Shown piece by piece: positions 1 to 7,284 of a stretch of DNA of 35,107 nt. The stretch is from a virus (Duplodnaviria; Caudoviricetes). Both the position numbers and the translations under genes were made by a program. The notes beneath the pieces were generated by a model that had not been told where the DNA came from, did no database searches, and saw only the letters and a program-made list of their open reading frames with translations. The DNA is taken from the IMG/VR virus record IMGVR_UViG_3300010376_002105, positions 1-35,107 of that record; one strand, written 5' to 3'. The number at the start of each line of letters is the position of its first letter. Within the stretch, counting starts at the first letter, position 1.

Positions 1-384
1 ATGGGACGCGCAAGTCGCTCGAAGCCACAAAGGGCAGGGCTCAATTCGGAGCAAATAACCGCGATCTGCATCGCCGCACGCACGTGCCGGCTCGAGGCAA
101 AGCGCGACCGGCGGATCGACGAGCTGCTCGTCGCCGCGAAGGCCGTCGCCGACGCGAATCTCTTTTTCGACGGTGATAAAGGCGCGCTCGTCTGCGTCGA
201 GTGCGAAGTCTCGCAACTGCGGCAGCCGCTCGGCCATGCGCGGCCGTTTCCGCACGCCGATACCTGCCGCACTGGCGCCGCGCATCGTGCCGTCGAAGCG
301 CTCGTCGGGATGTCGGAGATCTGGCCGCCGGTGATCGGCTTCGAGCCGTTCGTCTTTAACCAGGTGAAAGGCGGCCGCCGATGA
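1..384 (+). CDS. hypothetical phage early protein, possible Zn-binding (CVEC...H..C)
   Basis: 127-aa ORF; ATGA overlap with the next gene; contains an RBS-like AAAGG for it; true start may lie upstream of the window. Confidence 0.6.
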   Translation: MGRASRSKPQRAGLNSEQITAICIAARTCRLEAKRDRRIDELLVAAKAVADANLFFDGDKGALVCVECEVSQLRQPLGHARPFPHADTCRTGAAHRAVEALVGMSEIWPPVIGFEPFVFNQVKGGRR

Positions 385-614
385 CTGAGCAGCATCGCAT
401 CGCCGGCGCGCGTAAATACGCCGAGTCGCTGCTGCGCGAGCTATCAGAGCTCGAGAGTCTGCGCGGCGCGAAAGATCCCATTCACTCGCATTCAACTGCG
501 GCCGGCGCGCTCGCTCTCTGCGACGACGTTCGGCTGCTGTTGCTCGATCTACGCGACGACTACCGGCGCCGCCAAGTTCGCGAGGCCGAGACGAAAAAGG
601 CGAGCAAGCGATGA
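381..614 (+). CDS. hypothetical phage protein
   Basis: 77 aa; ATGA overlaps at both ends indicate translational coupling. Confidence 0.65.
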   Translation: MTEQHRIAGARKYAESLLRELSELESLRGAKDPIHSHSTAAGALALCDDVRLLLLDLRDDYRRRQVREAETKKASKR

Positions 615-913
615 CATTTCCGAACATTCCCGGCGTCTGCCGATACTGCGGCGACAAAAGCGAAGACGACGGCGGCGAGATCGACGGGGATCGCTTTCGA
701 TGGTTTGACGCTCGCCGAACCTGCTGCTCGCGATGGGAGTGTCAAAAAGCCTTCGTGAAGCTGGTCAAGGACAACAAATCGACGCAAGCGCGCATGAATC
801 GCAGACGCACGCCGGCCGAGATCGAGGATCTGCGCAAACAAGAACGCGCGGCCAAACGGAAGCGCAATCGCGCGACGCTCACTGTGCGCGGATTACTGAA
901 GGGGGATGCATGA
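611..913 (+). CDS. hypothetical protein with Cys cluster (CRYC...CCSRWEC) and basic C-terminus
   Basis: 100 aa; ATGA coupling at both ends; putative Zn-finger nucleic-acid-binding protein (inference). Confidence 0.65.
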   Translation: MTFPNIPGVCRYCGDKSEDDGGEIDGDRFRWFDARRTCCSRWECQKAFVKLVKDNKSTQARMNRRRTPAEIEDLRKQERAAKRKRNRATLTVRGLLKGDA

Positions 914-1071
914 GAAGTGCGGACGATTTTAACGAGCGGCGCCAGTTTGCGCGCCGGCGCCAGGTCTGGCCGTGGGTCGTCGTCGCGATCGGCGTCGAGT
1001 ACCTGCTGCTTTGGGCGTTTCGCTCGTTCTTTATCGAGCTCGGCCGGACGTGGTTTGGGGGCGCCAGGTGA
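910..1071 (+). CDS. small membrane protein (53 aa)
   Basis: ATG at 910 after AAGGGGG; hydrophobic stretch WPWVVVAIGVEYLLLWAF; GTGA overlap with the next gene. Confidence 0.6.
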   Translation: MRSADDFNERRQFARRRQVWPWVVVAIGVEYLLLWAFRSFFIELGRTWFGGAR

Positions 1072-1529
1072 TCGAGAAAAGAATCGAGCGGAAGCTGCGC
1101 TGCGAGCTGACCGAAGACGAGCTGAAGATCCGCGCGGCGTCACTGGCCGACACGGTGCGAACGATGCGCGAGACGCAGCGCGCGCGCAAAGAAAACGCGA
1201 AGCAGTTCGGGGATCTGATCGCAGGGATCGAGGAGAGACAGCGCGAGCTGTCGGATGCGATCGAGACCGGGATCGAAGAGCGGCTCGTCGCCTGCGTCGT
1301 GCGTCTTCATCATCCGAACGTAGCGACGAAGACGATCATCCGGCTCGATACCGGCGAGCTCCTCGAAGAGTGCGCGATGACGGCCGAAGAGTGTCAAACG
1401 CGCATGTTTCCCGCGATGCCGGCCGCGATGCCGGAACTGATCGAGAATCCGACGCTGGCAGAGCTCGAGGAGTCCCATACCGACGGAACGGATGCGATCG
1501 CGAGGGACGAGCACGAGGCGGCCGACTGA
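1068..1529 (+). CDS. hypothetical coiled-coil phage protein
   Basis: GTG start overlapping the previous stop; helical charged N-half, IIRLDTGE motif, then QTRMF and an acidic tail. Confidence 0.7.
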   Translation: MIEKRIERKLRCELTEDELKIRAASLADTVRTMRETQRARKENAKQFGDLIAGIEERQRELSDAIETGIEERLVACVVRLHHPNVATKTIIRLDTGELLEECAMTAEECQTRMFPAMPAAMPELIENPTLAELEESHTDGTDAIARDEHEAAD

Positions 1530-1792
1530 TGAGCTGCGCGGATGGGATGGGGGCGTCTCTCCGCACCGGGCCGACGGGTAACGGCAAGCCTGCCGGCGCA
1601 ATTCTCGGCGGCCAGATGTACGACGTGAGCGACTCGCAGATCCGGAGTCTGCTCGCGAATCGTGAGCTGCTGCGGCGAGCTCTCTCGATCGCCGCGCTCG
1701 AGGCCGCCAAAGGCGACGAGGCCGGCGCCGTCTGCCGGGTGATTTGTTGGATCTCAGACGCCGACGAGCAGATTCGAAGGGGTGCGAAGTGA
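1529..1792 (+). CDS. hypothetical protein
   Basis: TGATG overlap with the previous gene; 87 aa; the start could instead be the internal ATG near 1616. Confidence 0.55.
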   Translation: MSCADGMGASLRTGPTGNGKPAGAILGGQMYDVSDSQIRSLLANRELLRRALSIAALEAAKGDEAGAVCRVICWISDADEQIRRGAK

Positions 1793-1884
1793 TCAACGCA
1801 GAGAAAGCTCTCGGCGCGAAGATCGAGCCGCCTATCGCGGCGTCAGTGGCCGCCGGCGGCGTGCAACTCGATCTCTTCTTTTAA
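1789..1884 (+). CDS. 31-aa peptide ending in the beta-clamp-binding motif QLDLFF (not in the ORF track)
   Basis: GTGA overlap with the previous stop; AAGGGG RBS; translation MINAEKALGAKIEPPIAASVAAGGVQLDLFF*. Confidence 0.55.
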   Translation: MINAEKALGAKIEPPIAASVAAGGVQLDLFF

Positions 1885-1938
1885 TTCGTTTCTTTCGTTG
1901 TTTCAACGTTGGTTGTCTGCAGGAAAGAGGGTAAGCAA

Positions 1939-2751
1939 ATGAGCTGGAGAGCTTCGGCATACGTAAAGGAACTGATCGTATGCCCAAACGGCGATCAGAT
2001 CTCGCGAAGCGAGAAGATGGTCGCGCTGATCCTGGCCGATTCGCATCAAGACGGGGTCGGCCGTTACACGTTTCCGAGCGTGCCGACGCTGGCCTATTAC
2101 GCGCTGATGGACGTGAGTACGTGCCGGCGCGCGCTCGAAGGCCTCGAGCAAAAGGGCGTGATCTCGCGCACGCGCGGCGATCGCCAGGGCCGCGGCCAGG
2201 TCACGTTTTACAGGTTCGTCGAGCTCGACGAGCCGGCAGTATCAGCAGAAAAAGGGCGGCAAAATGACTCCCTTTTTTTTGACAAAAACGATGCAAAAGG
2301 GGTGCAAAAGGGCGGCATTTCTCGGGATGCATATAGGAGGAACGAGAACGCTAACGAGAACAAAAAACCTAACCCCCCTAACCCCCCTGTCGGGGGGAGT
2401 GCGCGTTTTGAGAGTCGCGACGCGCTGCCGATCGACGACGAACAGCGAAAAGCAGCAGAGCGAATCCTCGAGCAGATCTGCAACGCGCTCGGGATCGTAC
2501 GCCGACGAGTGCGACGAGAGATCCTCGAGGCGATCGAGCTCGAGATGACAAAGGGTGACTGGCCGACGATCGGCACGCGAATGATCGCGGCCTATCGCGA
2601 GCTGACTGCAAACGCGCATCTGCTGCGCTGCGCTGCGCCAGGTCCGGCGAAGTTTTTCGCGCTCGGCACCTGGAAAGATTCGCGGGCCTGGCCTTGGGAC
2701 GAACAGAAGCTCGAGCGGCAATCGGCTGCGAGCGTGGGGGCGAGACGATGA
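1939..2751 (+). CDS. phage replication initiator, N-terminal winged HTH (HTH_36-like, lambda O analog)
   Basis: MSW..., K.V.L.LAD...FPSV.TLA....S..T.RRAL..LE.KG.I.R pattern; central low-complexity linker carrying DNA repeats; RBS AGGAAAGAGG. Confidence 0.8.
   Translation: MSWRASAYVKELIVCPNGDQISRSEKMVALILADSHQDGVGRYTFPSVPTLAYYALMDVSTCRRALEGLEQKGVISRTRGDRQGRGQVTFYRFVELDEPAVSAEKGRQNDSLFFDKNDAKGVQKGGISRDAYRRNENANENKKPNPPNPPVGGSARFESRDALPIDDEQRKAAERILEQICNALGIVRRRVRREILEAIELEMTKGDWPTIGTRMIAAYRELTANAHLLRCAAPGPAKFFALGTWKDSRAWPWDEQKLERQSAASVGARR
2250..2400. repeat. putative phage replication origin (iteron-like repeats plus A/T tracts)
   Basis: AAAAGGGCGGCA at 2250-2261 and 2306-2317; TGCAAAAGGG tandem at 2292 and 2303; T8 run; AACGAGAAC twice; CCTAACCCCC twice; lies inside the initiator gene as in lambda O. 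Confidence 0.55.
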
Positions 2752-3017
2752 CGAGATTTTTTGTAATTGCGAGCACGACACGCGGCGTGATCGAGCCGGC
2801 AGAGATCCTCGAAGACGCAGATCAGTACCGCGCGCTTTATCAGCTCGAGCGCGACCAGGTGACGCCGGCGAAGTATGGCGATACCACGGTCCTATGGGAT
2901 CGCAAAGGGCAGCCGTTTGTCGACTTGCGCGCGACGAACGAGCAAAAACGGAAAAGGTCGATCGGCGATCTCGTGCCGCGGGTCGATCCAAGAGTTCGCG
3001 CGGAGATCGTTCGATAG
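2748..3017 (+). CDS. hypothetical protein
   Basis: ATGA overlap with the replication gene; 89 aa. Confidence 0.6.
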   Translation: MTRFFVIASTTRGVIEPAEILEDADQYRALYQLERDQVTPAKYGDTTVLWDRKGQPFVDLRATNEQKRKRSIGDLVPRVDPRVRAEIVR

Positions 3018-3028
3018 GAGCTGACGAG

Positions 3029-3319
3029 ATGGCGAGAAAAAGACGAACGGCGGAAGAGGATCAATTTAACGCAGTCGTCGGAGCGATGCTCGAGCGCGCG
3101 CGTCGCGAGCGAAAGGTTTCGCTCTCGGAGCTGGCGAAAGAGCTCGGCGTTAGCGTGAAGCAGGTTCACTTTTGGGAGATCGGCGAGAACCGGCTTCCGA
3201 TGTTTCAGATCTACAGAATCAGCCGCTTTCTCAAGGTTCCGGTTACTTCACTGCTGCCGATGGTAAATGTAACTACAAATCCGGAAAATCGCTGCGCAGT
3301 GCTGCGAAAGAGCTGCTAA
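3029..3319 (+). CDS. XRE/Cro-C1 family HTH transcriptional regulator
   Basis: LERARRERKVSLSELAKELGVSVKQVHFWEIGENRL matches the HTH_3 pattern; AGGAG RBS. Confidence 0.88.
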   Translation: MARKRRTAEEDQFNAVVGAMLERARRERKVSLSELAKELGVSVKQVHFWEIGENRLPMFQIYRISRFLKVPVTSLLPMVNVTTNPENRCAVLRKSC

Positions 3320-3379
3320 TTTCAAATTCGACATCTTTCCCGAAGAGCTAATCGGGCGGTGCGCGTGCTGATCATCGCG

Positions 3380-3422
3380 GGAGTGCAAAAGACATGCAGA
3401 ACTGTCTTTGCACTCCTTTTTT
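3380..3422 (+). terminator. intrinsic terminator between the early/middle and late regions
   Basis: GGAGTGCAAAAGACA / TGTCTTTGCACTCC 14-bp stem with one bulge, followed by TTTTTT. Confidence 0.8.
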
Positions 3423-3451
3423 ATTGGCCGAAACATCTGAGGGACTCGAGA

Positions 3452-3994
3452 ATGCGATCGCGCAAAACGCTGATGCTGTACGGGGCGAATACGACGCTCG
3501 GATGGCGCGTCGTGCGGATGATCTCGCCGGAAGAAGGCGAGCGGCGCGAAGCGACCGGATCCTACCGGCGCGTTTACGACGGCATGACGAACGCGCTGCT
3601 CGGTTTTCAGATCGTCGGCGTGGATATTCAGCGCGGCGACGAGGATCTGCCGACGCGTCGATCGTCGCATTCGATCTCGTCTGGAGAGAACCGGACGAAC
3701 GCCGGCCTCGACGGAAAGTCGCACACTTTCGGCCTGGCCGAAGATCTGCGGCTCGAGCGGAAAGTTCCGGAGGATCACGTCGAGCGCGTGCAGGAAAAAG
3801 TTCGCGTTTATCCGCTGCTTCGCGATAAGGCGTCGATCGTGCGTCGCGTCGCGGCCGAGAGCTGCGGCCAGGGGATCGTCTACGTCGGCGGCGGCACGCC
3901 GGCCGGCTGCAATCTGCGCGAAGAGCTGCAGCTTCGTAACGGCGACGAGCAGCTCGAGGAGCTCGTCGCGCTTTCTGAAAAGGCTTGCGCCTAA
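3452..3994 (+). CDS. hypothetical protein (first gene of the late region)
   Basis: ATG at 3452 after GAGGGA; 180 aa; no recognised motif. Confidence 0.6.
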   Translation: MRSRKTLMLYGANTTLGWRVVRMISPEEGERREATGSYRRVYDGMTNALLGFQIVGVDIQRGDEDLPTRRSSHSISSGENRTNAGLDGKSHTFGLAEDLRLERKVPEDHVERVQEKVRVYPLLRDKASIVRRVAAESCGQGIVYVGGGTPAGCNLREELQLRNGDEQLEELVALSEKACA

Positions 3995-4020
3995 AACCAG
4001 GTCAATCAGCGGGGGAACTG

Positions 4021-4236
4021 ATGGATCCAGCATGGGTGACAGCCGGCGTCGGCGTGATCGCGATCGTCGTAACAATGGCGGCCGGCGTTCGCAATTCTGG
4101 CGCACGCGAGCAGCAGTTGCAGGCGCACGAGACGAGGCTTAACAAGCACAGTGCAGAGCTCGACGATCTGCGCAAAGGCCAGGCCGCGCACGGCGAGCGG
4201 ATCGCCGCGGTCGAAGCGCGCCAGGGGGCAAAGTAA
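4021..4236 (+). CDS. small membrane protein, holin/antiholin- or XhlA-like
   Basis: N-terminal TM (WVTAGVGVIAIVVTMAAGV) plus coiled-coil C-terminus; TAATG overlap with the endolysin. Confidence 0.65.
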   Translation: MDPAWVTAGVGVIAIVVTMAAGVRNSGAREQQLQAHETRLNKHSAELDDLRKGQAAHGERIAAVEARQGAK

Positions 4237-4676
4237 TGCAGCTGACAGAGCATTTCTCGCTCGAAGAGCTTACTTTCAGCTCGACGGCATTCGCGCGCGG
4301 CATCGATAACACGCCGGCGCAGGTGATCGTCGAGCACTTGCGCGTTCTGGCGCAGGGTCTCGAGCAGGTTCGCGCGATTCTCGGCAAGCCGATGCACGTC
4401 GACAGCGGTTTTCGCTGCGCAGAGCTGAATGCGCTCGTGCGCGGCGTACCGACGTCTGCGCATCTTTCAGGCTTCGCCGCGGACTTCGTTTGTCCGGCGT
4501 ACGGCGCGCCGATCGAGATCGTGAAAAAGCTGACGTCGCCGCCGAGTGTGATCGAGTTCGATCAGCTCATCCAAGAAGGCACTTGGGTTCACATCTCTTT
4601 CGCGCCGACGATGCGGAACGAAGTTTTAACCGCACATTTTCACGGCGGCAATGCGACTTACAGTCGCGGCCTTTAA
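4236..4676 (+). CDS. endolysin, peptidase M15A (Peptidase_M15_3) family
   Basis: MQLTEHFSLEELT, SGFRC..LN..V.G..TSAH..G.AAD, DQLI.E..WVHIS zinc-peptidase motifs. Confidence 0.92.
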   Translation: MQLTEHFSLEELTFSSTAFARGIDNTPAQVIVEHLRVLAQGLEQVRAILGKPMHVDSGFRCAELNALVRGVPTSAHLSGFAADFVCPAYGAPIEIVKKLTSPPSVIEFDQLIQEGTWVHISFAPTMRNEVLTAHFHGGNATYSRGL

Positions 4677-4707
4677 ACATAGATATTCCATAAACACGAC
4701 GCAGTAA

Positions 4708-4748
4708 GCGCGGCGAGCTCGGGGGAAGGATCCTCGAGCTCGTCGCGT
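4708..4748 (+). other. 18-bp RNA hairpin between the endolysin and the next lysis gene
   Basis: GCGCGGCGAGCTCGGGGG / TCCTCGAGCTCGTCGCGT; the only non-Watson-Crick pairs are four G-U; 5-nt loop. Confidence 0.6.
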
Positions 4749-4771
4749 ATTTGAACGAGAAACGAGGCTTT

Positions 4772-5503
4772 ATGAACTGGAAAAACATCATCGATCATCC
4801 GAAGACGACGGTCGTCGGATTTCTGATCGCGGTCGTGATCGCGGCGCCGATTCTCGAGAAGTTCGATTTCGCGCACGCATCGATCGCGAGTGTGTGCGGT
4901 CTGATCGGCGCAGTTGCGACTGCGCTGCTCGGCGCGTTTCTGCAGGATCCAAAGTCGAAGGCACCGCTCGCCGTGCTGATCTTCGTTCTGATGTTTGCGC
5001 CGGCAGTCTTCGCGCAGCAGGCGGATCCGACGCAGCCGTCGGCGGCCGGCATTTCGTTCTCGACGTCGTCTGAAGCAGTCGCTTTCTATTCAAAAGGCGT
5101 CTGGACTGCAGGCAATGACACGACCGAAGTGCTCTCGGTCGCGAGCGTCGGCAAGCATAAGACAAACGACATCTCGGTAATCGGGAAAGAGATCATCGCA
5201 TCGGATTTTACGTCGTATCTCGGCGGCTTCCGATATGAGCCGGATCTTTCCGGATTCCTGGCAAAGACCCAGATTCCGGTCGCATCGTTTCGAGTCTTTG
5301 TCGACGCAAGCGTCGGGACGTCGATGCTGCCGGCGAATACAAGCGCGGTTACTTGGCTCGCCGGCGGCGGCGCGCGTTACGCGCTCAATAGTTCGGGCTC
5401 GCTGCAGTGGACGACGATCACTGCGAATTACATGCGGGTCGGCAACGAGAACGTAACGAAGATCTCGACGGGTCTGCAGTACTTCTTTCATAAGGCCTCG
5501 TGA
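4772..5503 (+). CDS. holin-like N-terminus fused to an internal signal peptide and a putative outer-membrane beta-barrel
   Basis: Two TMs (PKTTVVG..., ...LLGAFLQDP), then KSKAPLAVLIFVLMFAPAVFA|QQ, then amphipathic beta-strands ending KISTGLQYFF. Confidence 0.6.
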   Translation: MNWKNIIDHPKTTVVGFLIAVVIAAPILEKFDFAHASIASVCGLIGAVATALLGAFLQDPKSKAPLAVLIFVLMFAPAVFAQQADPTQPSAAGISFSTSSEAVAFYSKGVWTAGNDTTEVLSVASVGKHKTNDISVIGKEIIASDFTSYLGGFRYEPDLSGFLAKTQIPVASFRVFVDASVGTSMLPANTSAVTWLAGGGARYALNSSGSLQWTTITANYMRVGNENVTKISTGLQYFFHKAS

Positions 5504-6207
5504 TGCGGTTTCGGCTTTTCATTGTCGGCGTCGTCGTGATTGTCTTCGGGATTCCTGCAGCTCTGCTCGGCCTGGCCGTTTGGGGATGCTTCGGTCTGAC
5601 GCATCACGCGATCGTCGCGATCGACAAGATCGGCGACGCCGGCGTGCAGCTCGGCCGAGCTGGCGATACGATGACGGCCGCGGCGGCTCGCATCAATGGG
5701 AAGCACGGCACGATCGCGATGCTCGACGAGGATCTCGGCGCGACGAAGTCGCTGATCGTTCACGCCGATCTAGTCGCACGGCATGAGCAGCAGCAGCTCT
5801 CAAAGTGGGACGCGCGCGGCGCCGAGCTTTACGCGAACGTAAACGGCAGCGTTACAGATCTGCGATCGACAATCACGAAGGCCGGCGCGACAGAAGATGC
5901 GGCGACCAGGTTCGTCGATACGCTGCGCGCTGCAGCAGCTGACAAAACGAACGGGCTCGGCGCCGTGCTGGCGAATGTAAACGGCGGCGTCGCAGACGTT
6001 CGATCAATGGCAGGCGACGGTCGACGTATTACGAAGGCGACGGCCGGCGCGATGGAGCACGTCGAAGCGATCACGGCCGACGGTCATAAGGTCGCCGATC
6101 ACTACGAAAAAGCGATCGACACAAAGTCGCCTTGGTATATGCGCGTGCTGCCAGGTTGGCTGCAAGAGGCGGCGAAGGTTGCGGTCGAGTACGAAGCGAC
6201 GCACTGA
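5503..6207 (+). CDS. inner-membrane-anchored helical protein, i-spanin (Rz)-like candidate
   Basis: N-terminal TM (FIVGVVVIVFGIPAALLGLAVWG), long Ala-rich helical domain, PWYMRVLPGW near the C-terminus; last gene of the lysis block. Confidence 0.55.
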   Translation: MRFRLFIVGVVVIVFGIPAALLGLAVWGCFGLTHHAIVAIDKIGDAGVQLGRAGDTMTAAAARINGKHGTIAMLDEDLGATKSLIVHADLVARHEQQQLSKWDARGAELYANVNGSVTDLRSTITKAGATEDAATRFVDTLRAAAADKTNGLGAVLANVNGGVADVRSMAGDGRRITKATAGAMEHVEAITADGHKVADHYEKAIDTKSPWYMRVLPGWLQEAAKVAVEYEATH

Positions 6208-6608
6208 TGCCATACACGCCGAAAGTAGTCTGCAGGGGCGGATGCGGTCGACCAGTTGTTAGCGGTTACTGCGAGGTCTGCAGATCGAAAGGCCGACCAG
6301 GTCTCGAGCGGAAGTCGTCGGCGAAGCGCGGTTACGGTCGACGCTGGCGTCGTTATCGGGATGCTTTTCTCGAGACGCATCGGCTCTGCACTGGCATCGT
6401 AAGGCTCGCAGATGGCCGGCAGATCACGAGGCACGTCGGGATCGTGATACTCGCGACGGATGTCGATCACGTGATCGCAGTCGAAGGCGAGACGGATCCG
6501 CTCTTTTACGTCGAAGAGAATCACCAGGCGTTATGTCACGAGTGCCACAGCTTTAAGACTGCACTCGAGAACGGCGCCTTCGGCAACGCGAAAGCATTCG
6601 CGCGCTAG
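6207..6608 (+). CDS. HNH endonuclease, HK97 gp74-like terminase cofactor
   Basis: C..GC...YC; RGYGRRW.R.R..FL..H.LC; ATDVDH; N.QALC..CHS.KT; located just upstream of TerS. Confidence 0.93.
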   Translation: MPYTPKVVCRGGCGRPVVSGYCEVCRSKGRPGLERKSSAKRGYGRRWRRYRDAFLETHRLCTGIVRLADGRQITRHVGIVILATDVDHVIAVEGETDPLFYVEENHQALCHECHSFKTALENGAFGNAKAFAR

Positions 6609-6700
6609 AGGGGATATGGGGGTCTGAAAGTTTTTGGGCAAGGTCTGAAGACCGTGGCCTAGCACCGTTCACGTATCCACAAAATCAAGGTTTTCGCAGT
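6609..6700. other. putative cos/packaging region
   Basis: Non-coding gap between HNH and TerS with a GGGGGTC..AAAGT...GACCG...CACAAAAT layout typical of HNH-TerS cos phages; GGTCTGAA repeated at ~6621 and ~6642; cut site not determinable. Confidence 0.5.
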
Positions 6701-6822
6701 TAGCAAGCAAAGGTTAGCGATCGGCGAATCGGCTGATTGTATGAGGTTTCTCGGCTCAGAAATGGCGCCAGGCGCGCGCCGCGGGGCCCTTCTCGAGTCG
6801 CGAAAGGTCCGGACATCACGAA

Positions 6823-7281
6823 ATGGGAAGGCCGCCGAAGCCGACGAATCTGCTCGAGCTTACGGGAGCATTCCGCAAAAATCCCGGCCGGCGCAAAGCG
6901 CGCGAGCAGGAACCGCAGCCGCCGGCGATCGCGCTCGAGATGCCGGCCAGGTTTCAGATCTTCCATCCGGACATCGGTTTTCAAGACGCCGAGAAGATGC
7001 GCGGCTATTGGAACAAATGTCTCGAGATGTGGCCGTGGCTCACATTCAGCGATTCAGACGCGCTCGAGTTTTACTGCGATCTGAAACTGAAGGTCGCGAA
7101 AGGGAAGGCCGACGGGACCGAGAAAAACCTGATCGCGAAGATGATCTCGGAATTTGGCGGCACTGGCGCCGGCCGCGCAAAGCTCGGCGTGCAGGCCGCA
7201 AAGCTCGGCGGCGCACCGAAGGCCGCCGCGGCGCCGGCGGATCCGCGCGCTGCATTCCTGGCGCGCCGAAAGTTTGGTTAA
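6823..7281 (+). CDS. terminase small subunit (P27-like)
   Basis: N-terminal MGRPPKPT.L..L.G...NPGR motif; D.DALE.YC; EFG.T..GRAKL; directly upstream of TerL. Confidence 0.85.
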   Translation: MGRPPKPTNLLELTGAFRKNPGRRKAREQEPQPPAIALEMPARFQIFHPDIGFQDAEKMRGYWNKCLEMWPWLTFSDSDALEFYCDLKLKVAKGKADGTEKNLIAKMISEFGGTGAGRAKLGVQAAKLGGAPKAAAAPADPRAAFLARRKFG

Positions 7282-7284
7282 TTC

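Noticed and set aside
5570-5595. LAVWGC as a lipobox (u-spanin reading)
   Set aside because: Trp at -2 is non-canonical and the Cys follows a long TM segment; treated as a membrane anchor.
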